From NCBI GenBank assembly GCA_041394265.1, contig JAWKIO010000005.1, forward strand, positions 1,575,401 through 1,639,400: a stretch of DNA of 64,000 bases, read 5' to 3'. The notes under the pieces are model-generated. The model searched no databases. It was not told the origin of the DNA and worked only from the letters and a program-made list of their open reading frames with translations. The position numbers were made by a program, and so were the translations under genes. Origin of the DNA: Acidimicrobiales bacterium (lineage in GTDB: Bacteria > Actinomycetota > Acidimicrobiia > Acidimicrobiales > SZUA-35). Below, piece by piece: positions 10,110 through 21,367 of this stretch (position 1 is its first letter; each line of letters starts with the position of its first letter).

Positions 10110-10607
10110 GTGGCAATCGACACCGATACCCCATCGTTCGAACCCAATGTGCGCTACGAGCTGGCCAACCGTCTGTTCTTTCGGCTGTACCAATGCGCCA
10201 ATATCCTGCACAAGACTGGGTCACGCGCCCTCGAGGATGAGGGCCTCACCACGCAGCGATGGGCGGTGCTCGGTGCGCTCTCCCGTTCCGGTGTTTCCAA
10301 TGGCATGGCGATCGGCGATCTCGCTCGCTATCTGAAAGTGAGCAGGCAAAGCCTCGCCGGCGTGATTGGTCGGCTCGAGAGCGACGGACTGATCGAGACC
10401 ATCGCCGACACCAACGACCGCCGCAGCCGCCTGGTGCGGATGACCGCCGAGGGGAAGGAGCGTTGGGAGACCCGAGCGCTTCCACGAATCGGCGCGTTCT
10501 ACGACGAAGCCGTTCACGGGCTGTCGACCGAGGACCTCAGTCACGCCCTGCACTATCTGGTCCGCCTCCTCGACAACATGAGCGCCATCGACGACCGCAC
10601 GGGTTGA
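10110..10607 (+). CDS. MarR family transcriptional regulator
   Basis: 165 aa with a GTG start after AAGGAG. Winged-helix MarR layout (LTTQRWAVLGAL...IGDLARYLKVSRQSLAGVIGRLESDGLI). Confidence 0.85.
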   Translation: MAIDTDTPSFEPNVRYELANRLFFRLYQCANILHKTGSRALEDEGLTTQRWAVLGALSRSGVSNGMAIGDLARYLKVSRQSLAGVIGRLESDGLIETIADTNDRRSRLVRMTAEGKERWETRALPRIGAFYDEAVHGLSTEDLSHALHYLVRLLDNMSAIDDRTG

Positions 10608-10677
10608 CCGGCCTCGCACGGCTTGCCCGACCCGGCTCGACACCGACATGATCTTCGAACCGAGTGAAGGGGAACCC

Positions 10678-11919
10678 ATGACCATCGACACCGCAGCGCC
10701 CGAATCCGTCGGCATGAGCAGCGCACGTCTCGAGCGCATCGCACCCGTGATGCAGCGCTTCGTGGACAGCGGCACCATTGCCGGCGCCACCACCCTGGTC
10801 GCCCGGAGAGGCAACGTCGTCCACTCGGCCGCCTTCGGCCACCGCGACCGCGAAGCCGGGGTCGCCATGACCGACGACACGATCTTCCGCATCTACTCGA
10901 TGACCAAACCGGTCGTGTCGACCGCGCTGATGCTGCTGCACGAGGAAGGCGCATTCCAGCTCGAACACCCGGTCGGAAGATTCCTGCCCGCCTTCATGTC
11001 GACCCCCGTCATGGCACCCGACGGGACACTGGTTCCACAGGCTCGACCCATGGAGGTTCGAGACTTGCTCACTCACACCAGCGGCCTCACCTATGACTTC
11101 ATGATCGATACACCCGTCGCTCAGATGTATCGAGACGCTCGGATCATGAACGACGCCACGCGCACGCTCGGCGACCTCGTCGACGCCCTCGCCGAGATCC
11201 CGCTGTCATCGCAGCCCGGCGCTCGGTGGCACTACAGCGTGGGGATCGACGTCGCTGCCCGCCTCATCGAGGTCCTCGCCGACCAGCCGCTTGGCGACTT
11301 CCTGCGTGAGCGATTCTTCGATCCGCTCGGCATGACCGACACCGGGTTCGGCGTGCCCGACGCCAAGCTCGACCGCCTGTCGGCCATGTACGGACTCCCC
11401 GATCTCGTCGGTCAGAACTACGACGCCATGCAGCTGGTCGAAGCGGCACTGAGCGGGTTCAACGAGCGCATCGACGTGGCGGCCACCTACCCCACCGATA
11501 CGCCCGACGTGTTCCAGCGTGGCGGCCTCGGCCTGTTCTCGACCGGCAGCGACTACCTCCGCTTCGCCACGATGCTGCTCCAGAACGGCCGCTATGGCGA
11601 CGACCAGATCCTCGGACGCAAGACGCTCGAGGTGATGCACCGCAATCATCTGCCGGCCGCCCTGCTCCCCTACGAACTCCTCGGACGCAACTCACTCGGC
11701 TACGGCTTCGGCTTGGGGTCTCGAGTGATGATCGACACCGCGGCGAGCGCCGGCACCGGTTCCGACGGCGAGTACGGCTGGGCGGGTGCGGCCAAGACCT
11801 ACTTCTTCGTCGACCCCGCCGAGGAGCTGATCGGCATCTTCATGTCGCAGTACATGACCGGAGTCGAAGGGCCCGATCGTGACTTCCGCAGCCTGGTGTA
11901 TCAAGCAGTGGTGGACTGA
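10678..11919 (+). CDS. serine hydrolase (beta-lactamase/esterase family)
   Basis: ORF 10648-11919. ATG 10678 is preceded by GAAGGGGAA. Has the SxxK motif YSMTKPV. Confidence 0.8.
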   Translation: MTIDTAAPESVGMSSARLERIAPVMQRFVDSGTIAGATTLVARRGNVVHSAAFGHRDREAGVAMTDDTIFRIYSMTKPVVSTALMLLHEEGAFQLEHPVGRFLPAFMSTPVMAPDGTLVPQARPMEVRDLLTHTSGLTYDFMIDTPVAQMYRDARIMNDATRTLGDLVDALAEIPLSSQPGARWHYSVGIDVAARLIEVLADQPLGDFLRERFFDPLGMTDTGFGVPDAKLDRLSAMYGLPDLVGQNYDAMQLVEAALSGFNERIDVAATYPTDTPDVFQRGGLGLFSTGSDYLRFATMLLQNGRYGDDQILGRKTLEVMHRNHLPAALLPYELLGRNSLGYGFGLGSRVMIDTAASAGTGSDGEYGWAGAAKTYFFVDPAEELIGIFMSQYMTGVEGPDRDFRSLVYQAVVD

Positions 11920-11928
11920 CCGACTGGC

Positions 11929-12930
11929 TCAATGCGCAGCGTCGGCCCCGTGGCCTGCGTCGCCGGGGTGCCCAGTGTCGTCAGCGTGCGTAGTGCCGGC
12001 GCCGTGTCCTGCGAACGGGAGCCGGCTGTAGACCGCGACGGCGACGGCACCCACGGCGATGCCGAGCACCGCCGAGATCGAGGTGTTCACCAACCAGGCG
12101 AGCACGCCCCCGATGCCACCGACCTCGTGCACTCGTTCCTCGAGGTGATGCACCCACTCGTAGGGACCGTGCCAACCGAGCTCGTCGGTGCCGACGAGGA
12201 TGATGTGGCCGCCGACCCACAGCATCGCAGCGGTGCCGATGGTCGACAGCCAGGCCAGCAGCACGGGCATGCCCTTCACCATCAGCAGGCCCACCCGCTT
12301 CGATGACGCCGAGTTCCGGTCGGCCAACGACAGCCCGATGTCGTCCATCTTCACGATCAGGGCCACGACGCCGTACACGATGATCGTGATCAGGAACGCC
12401 ACCACCACGAGAATGATCGCCCGGGCCAGCAAGCCCTCGTCGATGACCTCCTTCAGGGCGATCACCATGATCTCGGCGGAAAGGATCAGGTCGGTGCGCA
12501 CCGCCCCGGCGATGGTCGCGGCTTCGGCCTCAGGGCCGAGCATTGCGGCAGGCACGTCGTGATCGTGATCGTCACCCTTGAGCTTGTGATAGATCTTCTC
12601 GACGCCCTCGAAGCAGAGGTAGGTCCCACCCATCATCAAGATGATCTCGACGAGCAGCGGAGCGACGGCGCTCAGCAGGAGGGCGATCGGAAGGATGATG
12701 ATGAGCTTGTTCCGCAACGAACCGGTGGCGATCTTCTTGATGATCGGCAACTCGCGCTCGGCGGCGATGCCCTGCACGTAGGCCGGTGTGACGGCCGTGT
12801 CATCGACGACGACACCTGCCGCCTTCGCGCTGGCGCGTCCTGCGGCTGCGCCGACGTCGTCGACCGAGGCAGCGGCGAGCTTCGCCAGTGCCGCTACGTC
12901 GTCGAGCAGTCCGACGAGTCCACCTGCCAT
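11929..12930 (-). CDS. DUF808/YedI-like inner membrane protein
   Basis: 333 aa. The N-terminus MAGGLVGLLDDVAALAKLAAASVDDV and the multi-TM body match my memory of the DUF808 family. Confidence 0.65.
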   Translation of the reverse strand: MAGGLVGLLDDVAALAKLAAASVDDVGAAAGRASAKAAGVVVDDTAVTPAYVQGIAAERELPIIKKIATGSLRNKLIIILPIALLLSAVAPLLVEIILMMGGTYLCFEGVEKIYHKLKGDDHDHDVPAAMLGPEAEAATIAGAVRTDLILSAEIMVIALKEVIDEGLLARAIILVVVAFLITIIVYGVVALIVKMDDIGLSLADRNSASSKRVGLLMVKGMPVLLAWLSTIGTAAMLWVGGHIILVGTDELGWHGPYEWVHHLEERVHEVGGIGGVLAWLVNTSISAVLGIAVGAVAVAVYSRLPFAGHGAGTTHADDTGHPGDAGHGADAAH

Positions 12931-13164
12931 GTCGCTCCCTACCTGTCGATGTGCGTTCCCGGAGGTTAGGCCGAATCGGTCACGCTTCGGTGTTCCGTCG
13001 CGCCGCCTCCTCGTCGACCTTCGACGACGGGCCGAGTTGTTCGCGTGCTCGGGCCACCAGCTCGCAGACGGAAGCCGGGGCTCGGCTCAGTGAATGGCCG
13101 ATCGGCGTCGACGATCGAGCGCTGACGGCGCCGTGTCGACTGAGCGGACCGCTAGACAGGGTGC

Positions 13165-13491
13165 ATGACCGCGACCGCCGAATGCCCGATCTGCACGATG
13201 ACCGATCTGGTCGCCACCGGCGACGAATTCGAGTGTGTGACGTGTGGCCACGAGTGGCTGGGCGAACCGAGCGACGGCCTCGATGACATCCGCGATGCCA
13301 ACGGCAACTTGCTCGCCAACGGCGACGACGTCACCGTCATCAAGGACCTGAAGCTCGACGGCAAGACCGGCGGCGTCAAGGCCGGCACGAAGGTGCGCGG
13401 CATTCGGCTCGTCGAAGGCGATCACCCCATCGATGGCAAGGTCAACGGGCGAGGCATCCTCATCAAAGCCGAATTCGTCAAGAAGGCCTGA
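13165..13491 (+). CDS. yjdM: zinc-ribbon protein YjdM/PhnA
   Basis: 108 aa with an N-terminal CPIC...CVTC zinc ribbon and a C-terminal PhnA-type beta domain (VIKDLKLDGKTGGVKAGTKV...IDGKV). Confidence 0.85.
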   Translation: MTATAECPICTMTDLVATGDEFECVTCGHEWLGEPSDGLDDIRDANGNLLANGDDVTVIKDLKLDGKTGGVKAGTKVRGIRLVEGDHPIDGKVNGRGILIKAEFVKKA

Positions 13492-13591
13492 TCCGGCATC
13501 GGGGCGAGACGCAACGACTCCCAGTCGACCAAGGCGGCGCCGAGCTGCGAACCCTTCAGCGTTGATCGGCTCCTGCCGATGGTGAGAGGTC

Positions 13592-14740
13592 ATGTCCACG
13601 ATGCTGTCGCCGCCAAGACCGACCGCACCCGGCGGCGTGCAACCCCTCGGATTCGTACCCGCCCTCGATGGGGTCCGCGCGCTCGCCGTGCTGATCGTTG
13701 TCGCCTACCACGGTGATTGGTTTCGCATCCAGGGCGGTTTCATCGGCGTCGATGTCTTCTTCGTGCTCAGCGGCTTTCTCATCACCCGCCTGCTGGTCGA
13801 CGAACACGCTCGCTTCGGCGAGATCTCGCTGCGGAGCTTCTACCTCCGCCGTGCGCTACGGCTGTTCCCCGCGCTGGCCGGGCTCGTCGCGGGCGTTGCG
13901 CTGGCGGCCGCCCTCCTCGATGCGCCCGCGCTCGAGGACAACCTGACCGCACGCAGTCTGTGGGCGATCTCCTACGTGACCAATTGGCACGACGTCGTCA
14001 CGCACACACACGGCGGGCCGTTCAGCCATACCTGGTCATTGAGCGTCGAGGAACAGTTCTACATCGTCTGGCCGGTCGTGGTGATCGCGCTTCTTCGCCA
14101 CCGCGGCGTCGCCGCCGTCCGAGCGTTCGCCGGCATGGGGTACGTGGTGACGGCCGGCATGACCGCCCTCAGATTCTGGAACGGCGCCAACGGGTTCGAT
14201 CTCTACTTCGCGACGCACTCGCACGGTCTGGTGCTACTACTCGCAGGGTCGTGCCTCGGCGCCACGCCGCGCCTTCTCGAATTGGCGAGTCAACCGATGG
14301 GTCGCCGTCTGCTCGCGGTCGGAACGGCAGGAGTCGCCCTACTCGCGCTGCTACCGGATCGGTTCGGCCCGGTCCATGCAGGAGCCGGCTACCTGCCCGT
14401 CACGGTCTGTTCGCTTGCACTCGTCTCGGGGGCAACCATCGCCCGCAACACATCGCTGCTCACCTGGGGTCCGCTCCGCAGGATCGGAGCGTCATCGTAT
14501 GGCATCTACCTCTGGCATCTGCCGATGTTCACCATCGCCCCGATCGTCGCTCCGGCCGCCGACCCGAAGCTCAGAATCATCATCGGCACCGCCATCGCCA
14601 CCGTCTTGTCGCACGTGCTCATCGAGCGCCCGGCGATGCGCTTCAAGCATCGCTGGACCCGGACGGAGCAACGAACCCCGACGGAAGACGCAGAGCCACT
14701 TCGCACCGCAGCAGTGCCGGCCCACCAGCCTGAGGGCTGA
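13592..14740 (+). CDS. acyltransferase family 3 membrane protein
   Basis: 382 aa, multi-TM, with motif VDVFFVLSGFLIT near the N-terminus. Confidence 0.8.
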   Translation: MSTMLSPPRPTAPGGVQPLGFVPALDGVRALAVLIVVAYHGDWFRIQGGFIGVDVFFVLSGFLITRLLVDEHARFGEISLRSFYLRRALRLFPALAGLVAGVALAAALLDAPALEDNLTARSLWAISYVTNWHDVVTHTHGGPFSHTWSLSVEEQFYIVWPVVVIALLRHRGVAAVRAFAGMGYVVTAGMTALRFWNGANGFDLYFATHSHGLVLLLAGSCLGATPRLLELASQPMGRRLLAVGTAGVALLALLPDRFGPVHAGAGYLPVTVCSLALVSGATIARNTSLLTWGPLRRIGASSYGIYLWHLPMFTIAPIVAPAADPKLRIIIGTAIATVLSHVLIERPAMRFKHRWTRTEQRTPTEDAEPLRTAAVPAHQPEG

Positions 14741-14746
14741 GGTCGG

Positions 14747-16314
<1,568 letters not shown>

Positions 16315-16318
<4 letters not shown>

Positions 16319-17424
16319 GGCGCCAGCACCACGAGTTCGGCCTTCTGCAGGTCTTTGATCGACTCGTAGCCGAGCGTCGCCATCGACTGACGGAGCGCTC
16401 CGGCAACGTTCGCCCGACCGTCGGCGGAGACCGCCGGTCCGTTCAGCACCATCTCGAGCGGGCCGATCGGATCGACCTCGAGCAGGCGGGCCTGCGGCAG
16501 TTCGGGGTGCACAGTGGAGCGGCCCCAGTGCCATCCTCGGCCCGGCGCCTCGTCGGCCGAAGCGAGGGTGGTACCGAGCACCACGGCGTCGGCGCCACAG
16601 GCGACGGCCTTGGCGATGTCGCCACCCGAGCGGACACCGCCGTCGGCGATGACGTGCACATAGACACCGGTTTCGTCGAGGTGACGCATCCGGGCGGCAC
16701 GCACGTCGGCCAGCGCCGTCGCCAAGCCCGATCCGACGCCGGTGACCGAACTGCTCGTGGCCGAGCGGCCACCGTCGATACCGACCAGCACACCGGCGGC
16801 TCCGGTGCGCATCAGGTGCAGCGCCGCCGAGTAGCTGGCGCAGCCACCGACGACGACCGGGGTCTCGAGCTCTCGCACGAACTGTTTGAGGTTGAGGGGG
16901 GCGTCCTTGCTCGACACGTGCTCGGCCGAGATGACCGTGCCCTCGATGACGAGGAGGTCGAGCTCGGCTGACAACAGGGTCTTGGCCAGTGAGGCCACCC
17001 GCCGAGGCGATACTGCTCCTGCGGCGTAGGCGCCGGCCGCTCGGAGCTCTCGGATGCGCTGGGTGACCAGATCGGGGTCGACCGGTGCGGCATAGAGCTC
17101 ACGGAGCCGGACCAACGCAGCGTCATGGTCCATCTCGGCCAGGTCGGCGAGCAGCGAATCCGGATCGGCGTGTCGGGTCCAGACGCCCTCGAGGTCGAGC
17201 ACACCGAGACAACCCATCTTGTCGAGTGCGATGCAGGTCTCGGGACTGGTCACCGAGTCCATCGCTGCGCTCATGATGGGAAGGTCGAGGCTGTAGGCGT
17301 CGATCTGCCAGCTCAGGTCGATGAGATCGGCGTCTCGGGTTCGCTTGGACGGCAGGAGCGCCAGTTGGTCGAGGCTGAACGATCGTCGCCCCGACTTGCC
17401 CATTCCGATCTCGATATCGGCCAC
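16315..17424 (-). CDS. guaB3: GuaB3-type IMP dehydrogenase-related protein
   Basis: ORF trimmed to GTG 17424, which lies 6 nt after AAGGAG. N-terminus [16 protein letters not shown] resembles GuaB3 proteins. TIM-barrel IMPDH-like, without CBS domains. Confidence 0.75.
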
Positions 17425-17532
17425 CGAAGTCTCCTTGCACGCATCACTCGGGCGGTGGAACAGCGGTTCCGCTCTCACTTCGGCCCTCAGCGAAGCGACC
17501 AGGTTACCGGGACCAGGAGTGGCCCGGAAGCC

Positions 17533-17925
17533 TCAGTCCTTCATGAGATTCTTCAACAGTGCCTTGGCCACCTGGGCGTTCATCTCGAAAAGCGCCTGGC
17601 TGCCGGACTCGGTGATCTTGCGCACCACCGACCCACCGGTGGCGGTCTCGACAGCGTCGAGGCTCGACAGCGTGGCGTCGCGGGTGGCGTCGGTCGCCCG
17701 GTAGCCCATGGTGGTGAGCGCCTTGAAGAGATCACTCTGGGCGATCGGGCCAGGCGCCGATTTGGCGATGACGGCGAGGGCATCCTTGGTGAGCTCGGCG
17801 GACTGGGTCACGATGTCGTTGGCCGTCGTGGCATTGGTGTCGGCCCCATCGACCGAGGCCAACCAGCGCCGCACCTTCTGCACGATCTCGTCGTGGGTCT
17901 CACCTTGGAACGACAGCTCAGCCAT
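17533..17925 (-). CDS. hypothetical protein
   Basis: 130-aa ORF with host-like codon usage. No recognisable motif. Confidence 0.5.
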   Translation of the reverse strand: MAELSFQGETHDEIVQKVRRWLASVDGADTNATTANDIVTQSAELTKDALAVIAKSAPGPIAQSDLFKALTTMGYRATDATRDATLSSLDAVETATGGSVVRKITESGSQALFEMNAQVAKALLKNLMKD

Positions 17926-17960
17926 GGGCGCAGGCTAGTCGGGGTCGCTGGAACGAACCG

Positions 17961-18371
17961 TCAGTTCGACAGCGTTCGTCGCCCCTGCATCACGAGCACA
18001 ACGACAGCGAGCAGTCCGACCACCCCGGCGGCGGCCGCCAATGGTGCTCCGGGACCAGCGCCGAGGCCGCTCGACACGACGGCGATACCGGCACCGACAC
18101 TTACGATCGAAGCAGCGGCGAGGAACGCCGCGCCGACATGATGACGAGCGAGGCCCGCCATCAGCACCGCCCCAAGACACAGGACGGGCAACAGGAACCA
18201 GACCACTCGGAACGGTGTGAGCTCATCGAGGCCGAGCCGCTGCGCCGAGCGGAACATCTCATAGCTGTTCCGACTGGCCGAGCCCGACTGCACCCAAGGG
18301 AGTTGGGTGGCGAGCAGCATCGCGCCGCTCGGCACCAGGGCGGTGGAAACGGTCGCCGCGCGCTGCCTCAC
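17961..18371 (-). CDS. hypothetical membrane protein
   Basis: 136-aa ORF with 3-4 predicted TM helices (VVWFLLPVLCLGAVLMAGL, AAAGVVGLLAVVVLV). Confidence 0.5.
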   Translation of the reverse strand: MRQRAATVSTALVPSGAMLLATQLPWVQSGSASRNSYEMFRSAQRLGLDELTPFRVVWFLLPVLCLGAVLMAGLARHHVGAAFLAAASIVSVGAGIAVVSSGLGAGPGAPLAAAAGVVGLLAVVVLVMQGRRTLSN

Positions 18372-18419
18372 CCTGTCACCTCGACCACGCGGTCACCTCG
18401 ATCACCGCATTCACCTCGA

Positions 18420-19625
18420 TCACGCAGCCACGCTTCGCACGGCCGACCGCAACGCCGGCGCCAGATCACCATTGCCGACCTCGACCTCGGCGAGTCCCAG
18501 CCATCCCGCCAACTCGACGAGGTTCGTGGCCAGGGGCGTCGCGACCTCGTCCAGCTCGGCGTCGGCCTCGGCAAATGCACCCTTGACCCGCAGCACCCCG
18601 GCGGCGCGGTCGGCCTTCAGATCGACCCGCGCGACCAGATCGTCGCCGAGCAGGAACGGGAGCACGTAATAGCCGTACTGCCGTTTCGGTTCGGGAACGT
18701 AGATCTCGATCCGATAGTGGAAGTCCCACAACCGCTCGGCCCGATCCCGGAACCACACCACCGGATCGAACGGACTCAGCACCGTGGCGACATCGATGGC
18801 TCGGGGCCGTTTCGCCTCCGGGTGAAGGTACGCCGGCGCCGACCAGCCCTCGACCGTCACCGGTTCCAGGCGCCCCTCGGCAACGAGCTGCGCCAGCAGC
18901 GGCCGAGCCTCGGGCATCTTGATCCGGAAGTAGTCGGCGAGGTCGGCGGCCGTCCCGATGCCATGTGACCGAGCGCCCAGCATCAGCATCTCGGCCTGCG
19001 CTTCCTCGGTGGTCGGCGTCGGCTGGCCACTCACGTGGGCAGGGACGATCCGATGGGGCAGGTCATAGTGGGTCGTGAACTGGTGGTCACGATGGTGGAT
19101 CGAGAGGCGCCCGGTGTAGTACAGCCACTCGAGCGCGACCTTGCCCCGAGGCATCCCCCACCACGGCCCGGTGCGCGTACCAGGATCGTCGAGGGTCTTG
19201 ATCGAGCGTGGCCCGTGCCGCTCGATCTCATCGAGAATGGCGTCGAGATACTCGGGCTGGCCCTCCTCGAGTTCCCGTCCGGCGTTCCATCGGCCCCGAC
19301 CCATCTTCCATCGCAACAACGGATGGAGGTCCATCGAGGTGATCGAAGCCTCGTGAGCGACGTACTCGTGGTTCTCGCCTGAGCGCCAGATCCACCGGTC
19401 GAGTCGGTCCCGGTCGTAGGGGCCGAGTCGAGAGAACATCGGAAGGAAGTGCGACCGGGCCAGGACGTTGACCGAGTCGAGCTGGAGGATGGTCATCCGA
19501 TCGAGAGCCCGTCGAAAGTGGCGGACATCGACGGCACCTGCCGGCCGCTTGTCGGCGAAGCCCTGTGCGCCGAGGGCAATTCGGCGGGCCTGCGCTCGCG
19601 ACAATGAGCGGACGGGTGTGGTCAT
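18420..19625 (-). CDS. winged-helix DNA glycosylase YcaQ-family (DUF1006) protein
   Basis: ORF trimmed to ATG 19625 (ATGA overlap with the Nudix stop). N-terminus SLSRAQARRIALGAQGF...ILQLDSVNVLARSH is typical of the YcaQ family. Confidence 0.7.
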   Translation of the reverse strand: MTTPVRSLSRAQARRIALGAQGFADKRPAGAVDVRHFRRALDRMTILQLDSVNVLARSHFLPMFSRLGPYDRDRLDRWIWRSGENHEYVAHEASITSMDLHPLLRWKMGRGRWNAGRELEEGQPEYLDAILDEIERHGPRSIKTLDDPGTRTGPWWGMPRGKVALEWLYYTGRLSIHHRDHQFTTHYDLPHRIVPAHVSGQPTPTTEEAQAEMLMLGARSHGIGTAADLADYFRIKMPEARPLLAQLVAEGRLEPVTVEGWSAPAYLHPEAKRPRAIDVATVLSPFDPVVWFRDRAERLWDFHYRIEIYVPEPKRQYGYYVLPFLLGDDLVARVDLKADRAAGVLRVKGAFAEADAELDEVATPLATNLVELAGWLGLAEVEVGNGDLAPALRSAVRSVAA

Positions 19626-20233
19626 TCGGCCGTGACCAGGCGCAGGAGATTGTGGACCATACGGGCGGTGGCCCCCCAGAGGGTGTCGCCGACCAGCTCG
19701 AAGAAGTAGATCGCCATCTCGTTGCCGTCGCGGGTCCACAGCTCCTCGCGAAAGATGACCGGATCGGCGAGCTCGCGAAGTGAAATCCGCAGGATGCCAT
19801 CGACCTCGTTGGTCGCCGGGGTCAGCGTGGGCTCACCGTCGATCAACCCGACGAACGGGACGATGAACGACGGACTGGACACCGTGGTCAGGCGATCGAG
19901 CTCACCCACCAGTCGCACCGACGACGGCGGAAGGTCGATTTCCTCGTGGGTTTCTCGCAACGCCGTGGTGGCCAGATCGGGGTCGCCCGGCTCGAGCCGA
20001 CCACCGGGAAAGCAGACCTCACCCTTGTGCGAGCGCAGGTGCCAGGCCCGCCGGGTGAACAACAGCTCGGGCCCGTCGACGCCATCGCGGAACGGGACGA
20101 GGACCGCGGATGGCGGGCGCCCATCGACCGCTTCGACCCGCGGCCGGTGGGGACGCGAACGGGCGACGATCTCGGCGACCTCGGCGACGGATTCGGGAAG
20201 CGGTCGCCCTGCCCACGGCGCTGCCGCCCCCAA
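19622..20233 (-). CDS. Nudix hydrolase (CoA pyrophosphatase-like)
   Basis: Nudix box GGRLEPGDPDLATTALRETHEEIDL. The start is uncertain: TTG 20233 is the first plausible in-frame start downstream of the small ORF, and no strong SD precedes it. Confidence 0.7.
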   Translation of the reverse strand: MGAAAPWAGRPLPESVAEVAEIVARSRPHRPRVEAVDGRPPSAVLVPFRDGVDGPELLFTRRAWHLRSHKGEVCFPGGRLEPGDPDLATTALRETHEEIDLPPSSVRLVGELDRLTTVSSPSFIVPFVGLIDGEPTLTPATNEVDGILRISLRELADPVIFREELWTRDGNEMAIYFFELVGDTLWGATARMVHNLLRLVTAE

Positions 20234-20295
20234 GCGAGAGCCAGGGGGCCGGGGAATCTCCTGGGGGCCGCCTCGACCGGGAGGCGGCCGGAAGC

Positions 20296-20463
20296 TCAGG
20301 GCTGCTCCTCGACGGCGGCAGCGAGCGATTGCAGCAACTCCTTCATGCCACCGTTCTTCAGGTTCTTGAGGACGGTGCCGGGCGTATCGGCACCCTTTTC
20401 CCACTCCATCCAGAAGCCGAGCAGTTTGGTGGGGTCGGGCAGCGGACGTTCGATGTCGGACAC
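20296..20463 (-). CDS. small conserved-looking ORF (55 aa), not in the supplied ORF track
   Basis: GTG 20463 to TGA 20296 encodes (M)SDIERPLPDPTKLLGFWMEWEKGADTPGTVLKNLKNGGMKELLQSLAAAVEEQP. Strong host-like GC3. Sits just upstream of the Nudix gene. Confidence 0.45.
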   Translation of the reverse strand: MSDIERPLPDPTKLLGFWMEWEKGADTPGTVLKNLKNGGMKELLQSLAAAVEEQP

Positions 20464-20549
20464 CCTGCGAGGCTACCGCCGATGCCGGCCGCGTCACGTC
20501 CGGCGGCGATCGCGACGCAACTCGTGGCCGACTTCGGCCAGACTGAGGC

Positions 20550-21350
20550 ATGTCCTGGTTCGACAACTTGCGATCAGCGGTCCGGCGGGCGGCCGCTCCG
20601 ACGTTCGCCAGCGCCGGGCGCATGAGCGGCCCACCGACGTCGTCCAACGGCGCCAGCTCGATGCATCTGCGTTGGACGTTCGCCGCAGGCGCTCGGCCCC
20701 GTTGTCGAGAGGTATCGGTCGTGTTCAGGGTCGTCGAACCTCCGACCGTCCCTGCGCTCTACTTCTGGGCCCTCCAGGCGAGCTTCGGCACCGGGGGACG
20801 TAGCGTCGGCGCTGCGCACATGGGGTTGCAGCACCACCCTCGCTATCCGGGAGCGGGAGCGGTGAACTGGGGTGGCTACCGCCATGGCGGCGGTGAGTTG
20901 GCCGGATCGACCTCGGCGTTGCCTTCGACGCTCGGCAACGTGAACACACGCGACTACCCGTGGCGTGCGGGGGTGTCCTACCGCTACCGGATCGCTCCGT
21001 CCCCTGAACGAGGGTGGCGGGCGACGATCACCGATCTCGAGCGAGGTGACACCACGGTCATCCGCGACCTGTGGAGTCCCGAAGCCACCGACGAACTCAC
21101 CGACATCGTGGTGTGGAGCGAGGTGTTCGCCGATTGCGACGCGCCGAGCGTCCGGGTCGAGTGGTCACAGCCCGAGGTCGTCACCATCGGTGGATCGACG
21201 CTCACCCCGGTGGCGATGACCACCAGCTTCCAACGACACGAGGACGGCGGCTGCGCGAACACCACAGCGGCCGTCGTCGCCGGCGGTGTGGCCCAGATCA
21301 CCAACGTCGAGCGGACGGTCGCCGCCGGCGTCGCTCTGCCACTCGGTTGA
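20550..21350 (+). CDS. hypothetical protein
   Basis: 266-aa ORF with an uncertain start (later in-frame ATGs exist). The body (ALYFWALQASF...HMGLQHH...NWGGY) looks like a globular beta-rich domain. Confidence 0.5.
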   Translation: MSWFDNLRSAVRRAAAPTFASAGRMSGPPTSSNGASSMHLRWTFAAGARPRCREVSVVFRVVEPPTVPALYFWALQASFGTGGRSVGAAHMGLQHHPRYPGAGAVNWGGYRHGGGELAGSTSALPSTLGNVNTRDYPWRAGVSYRYRIAPSPERGWRATITDLERGDTTVIRDLWSPEATDELTDIVVWSEVFADCDAPSVRVEWSQPEVVTIGGSTLTPVAMTTSFQRHEDGGCANTTAAVVAGGVAQITNVERTVAAGVALPLG

Positions 21351-21367
21351 CGACGGATCGCCGAGGA

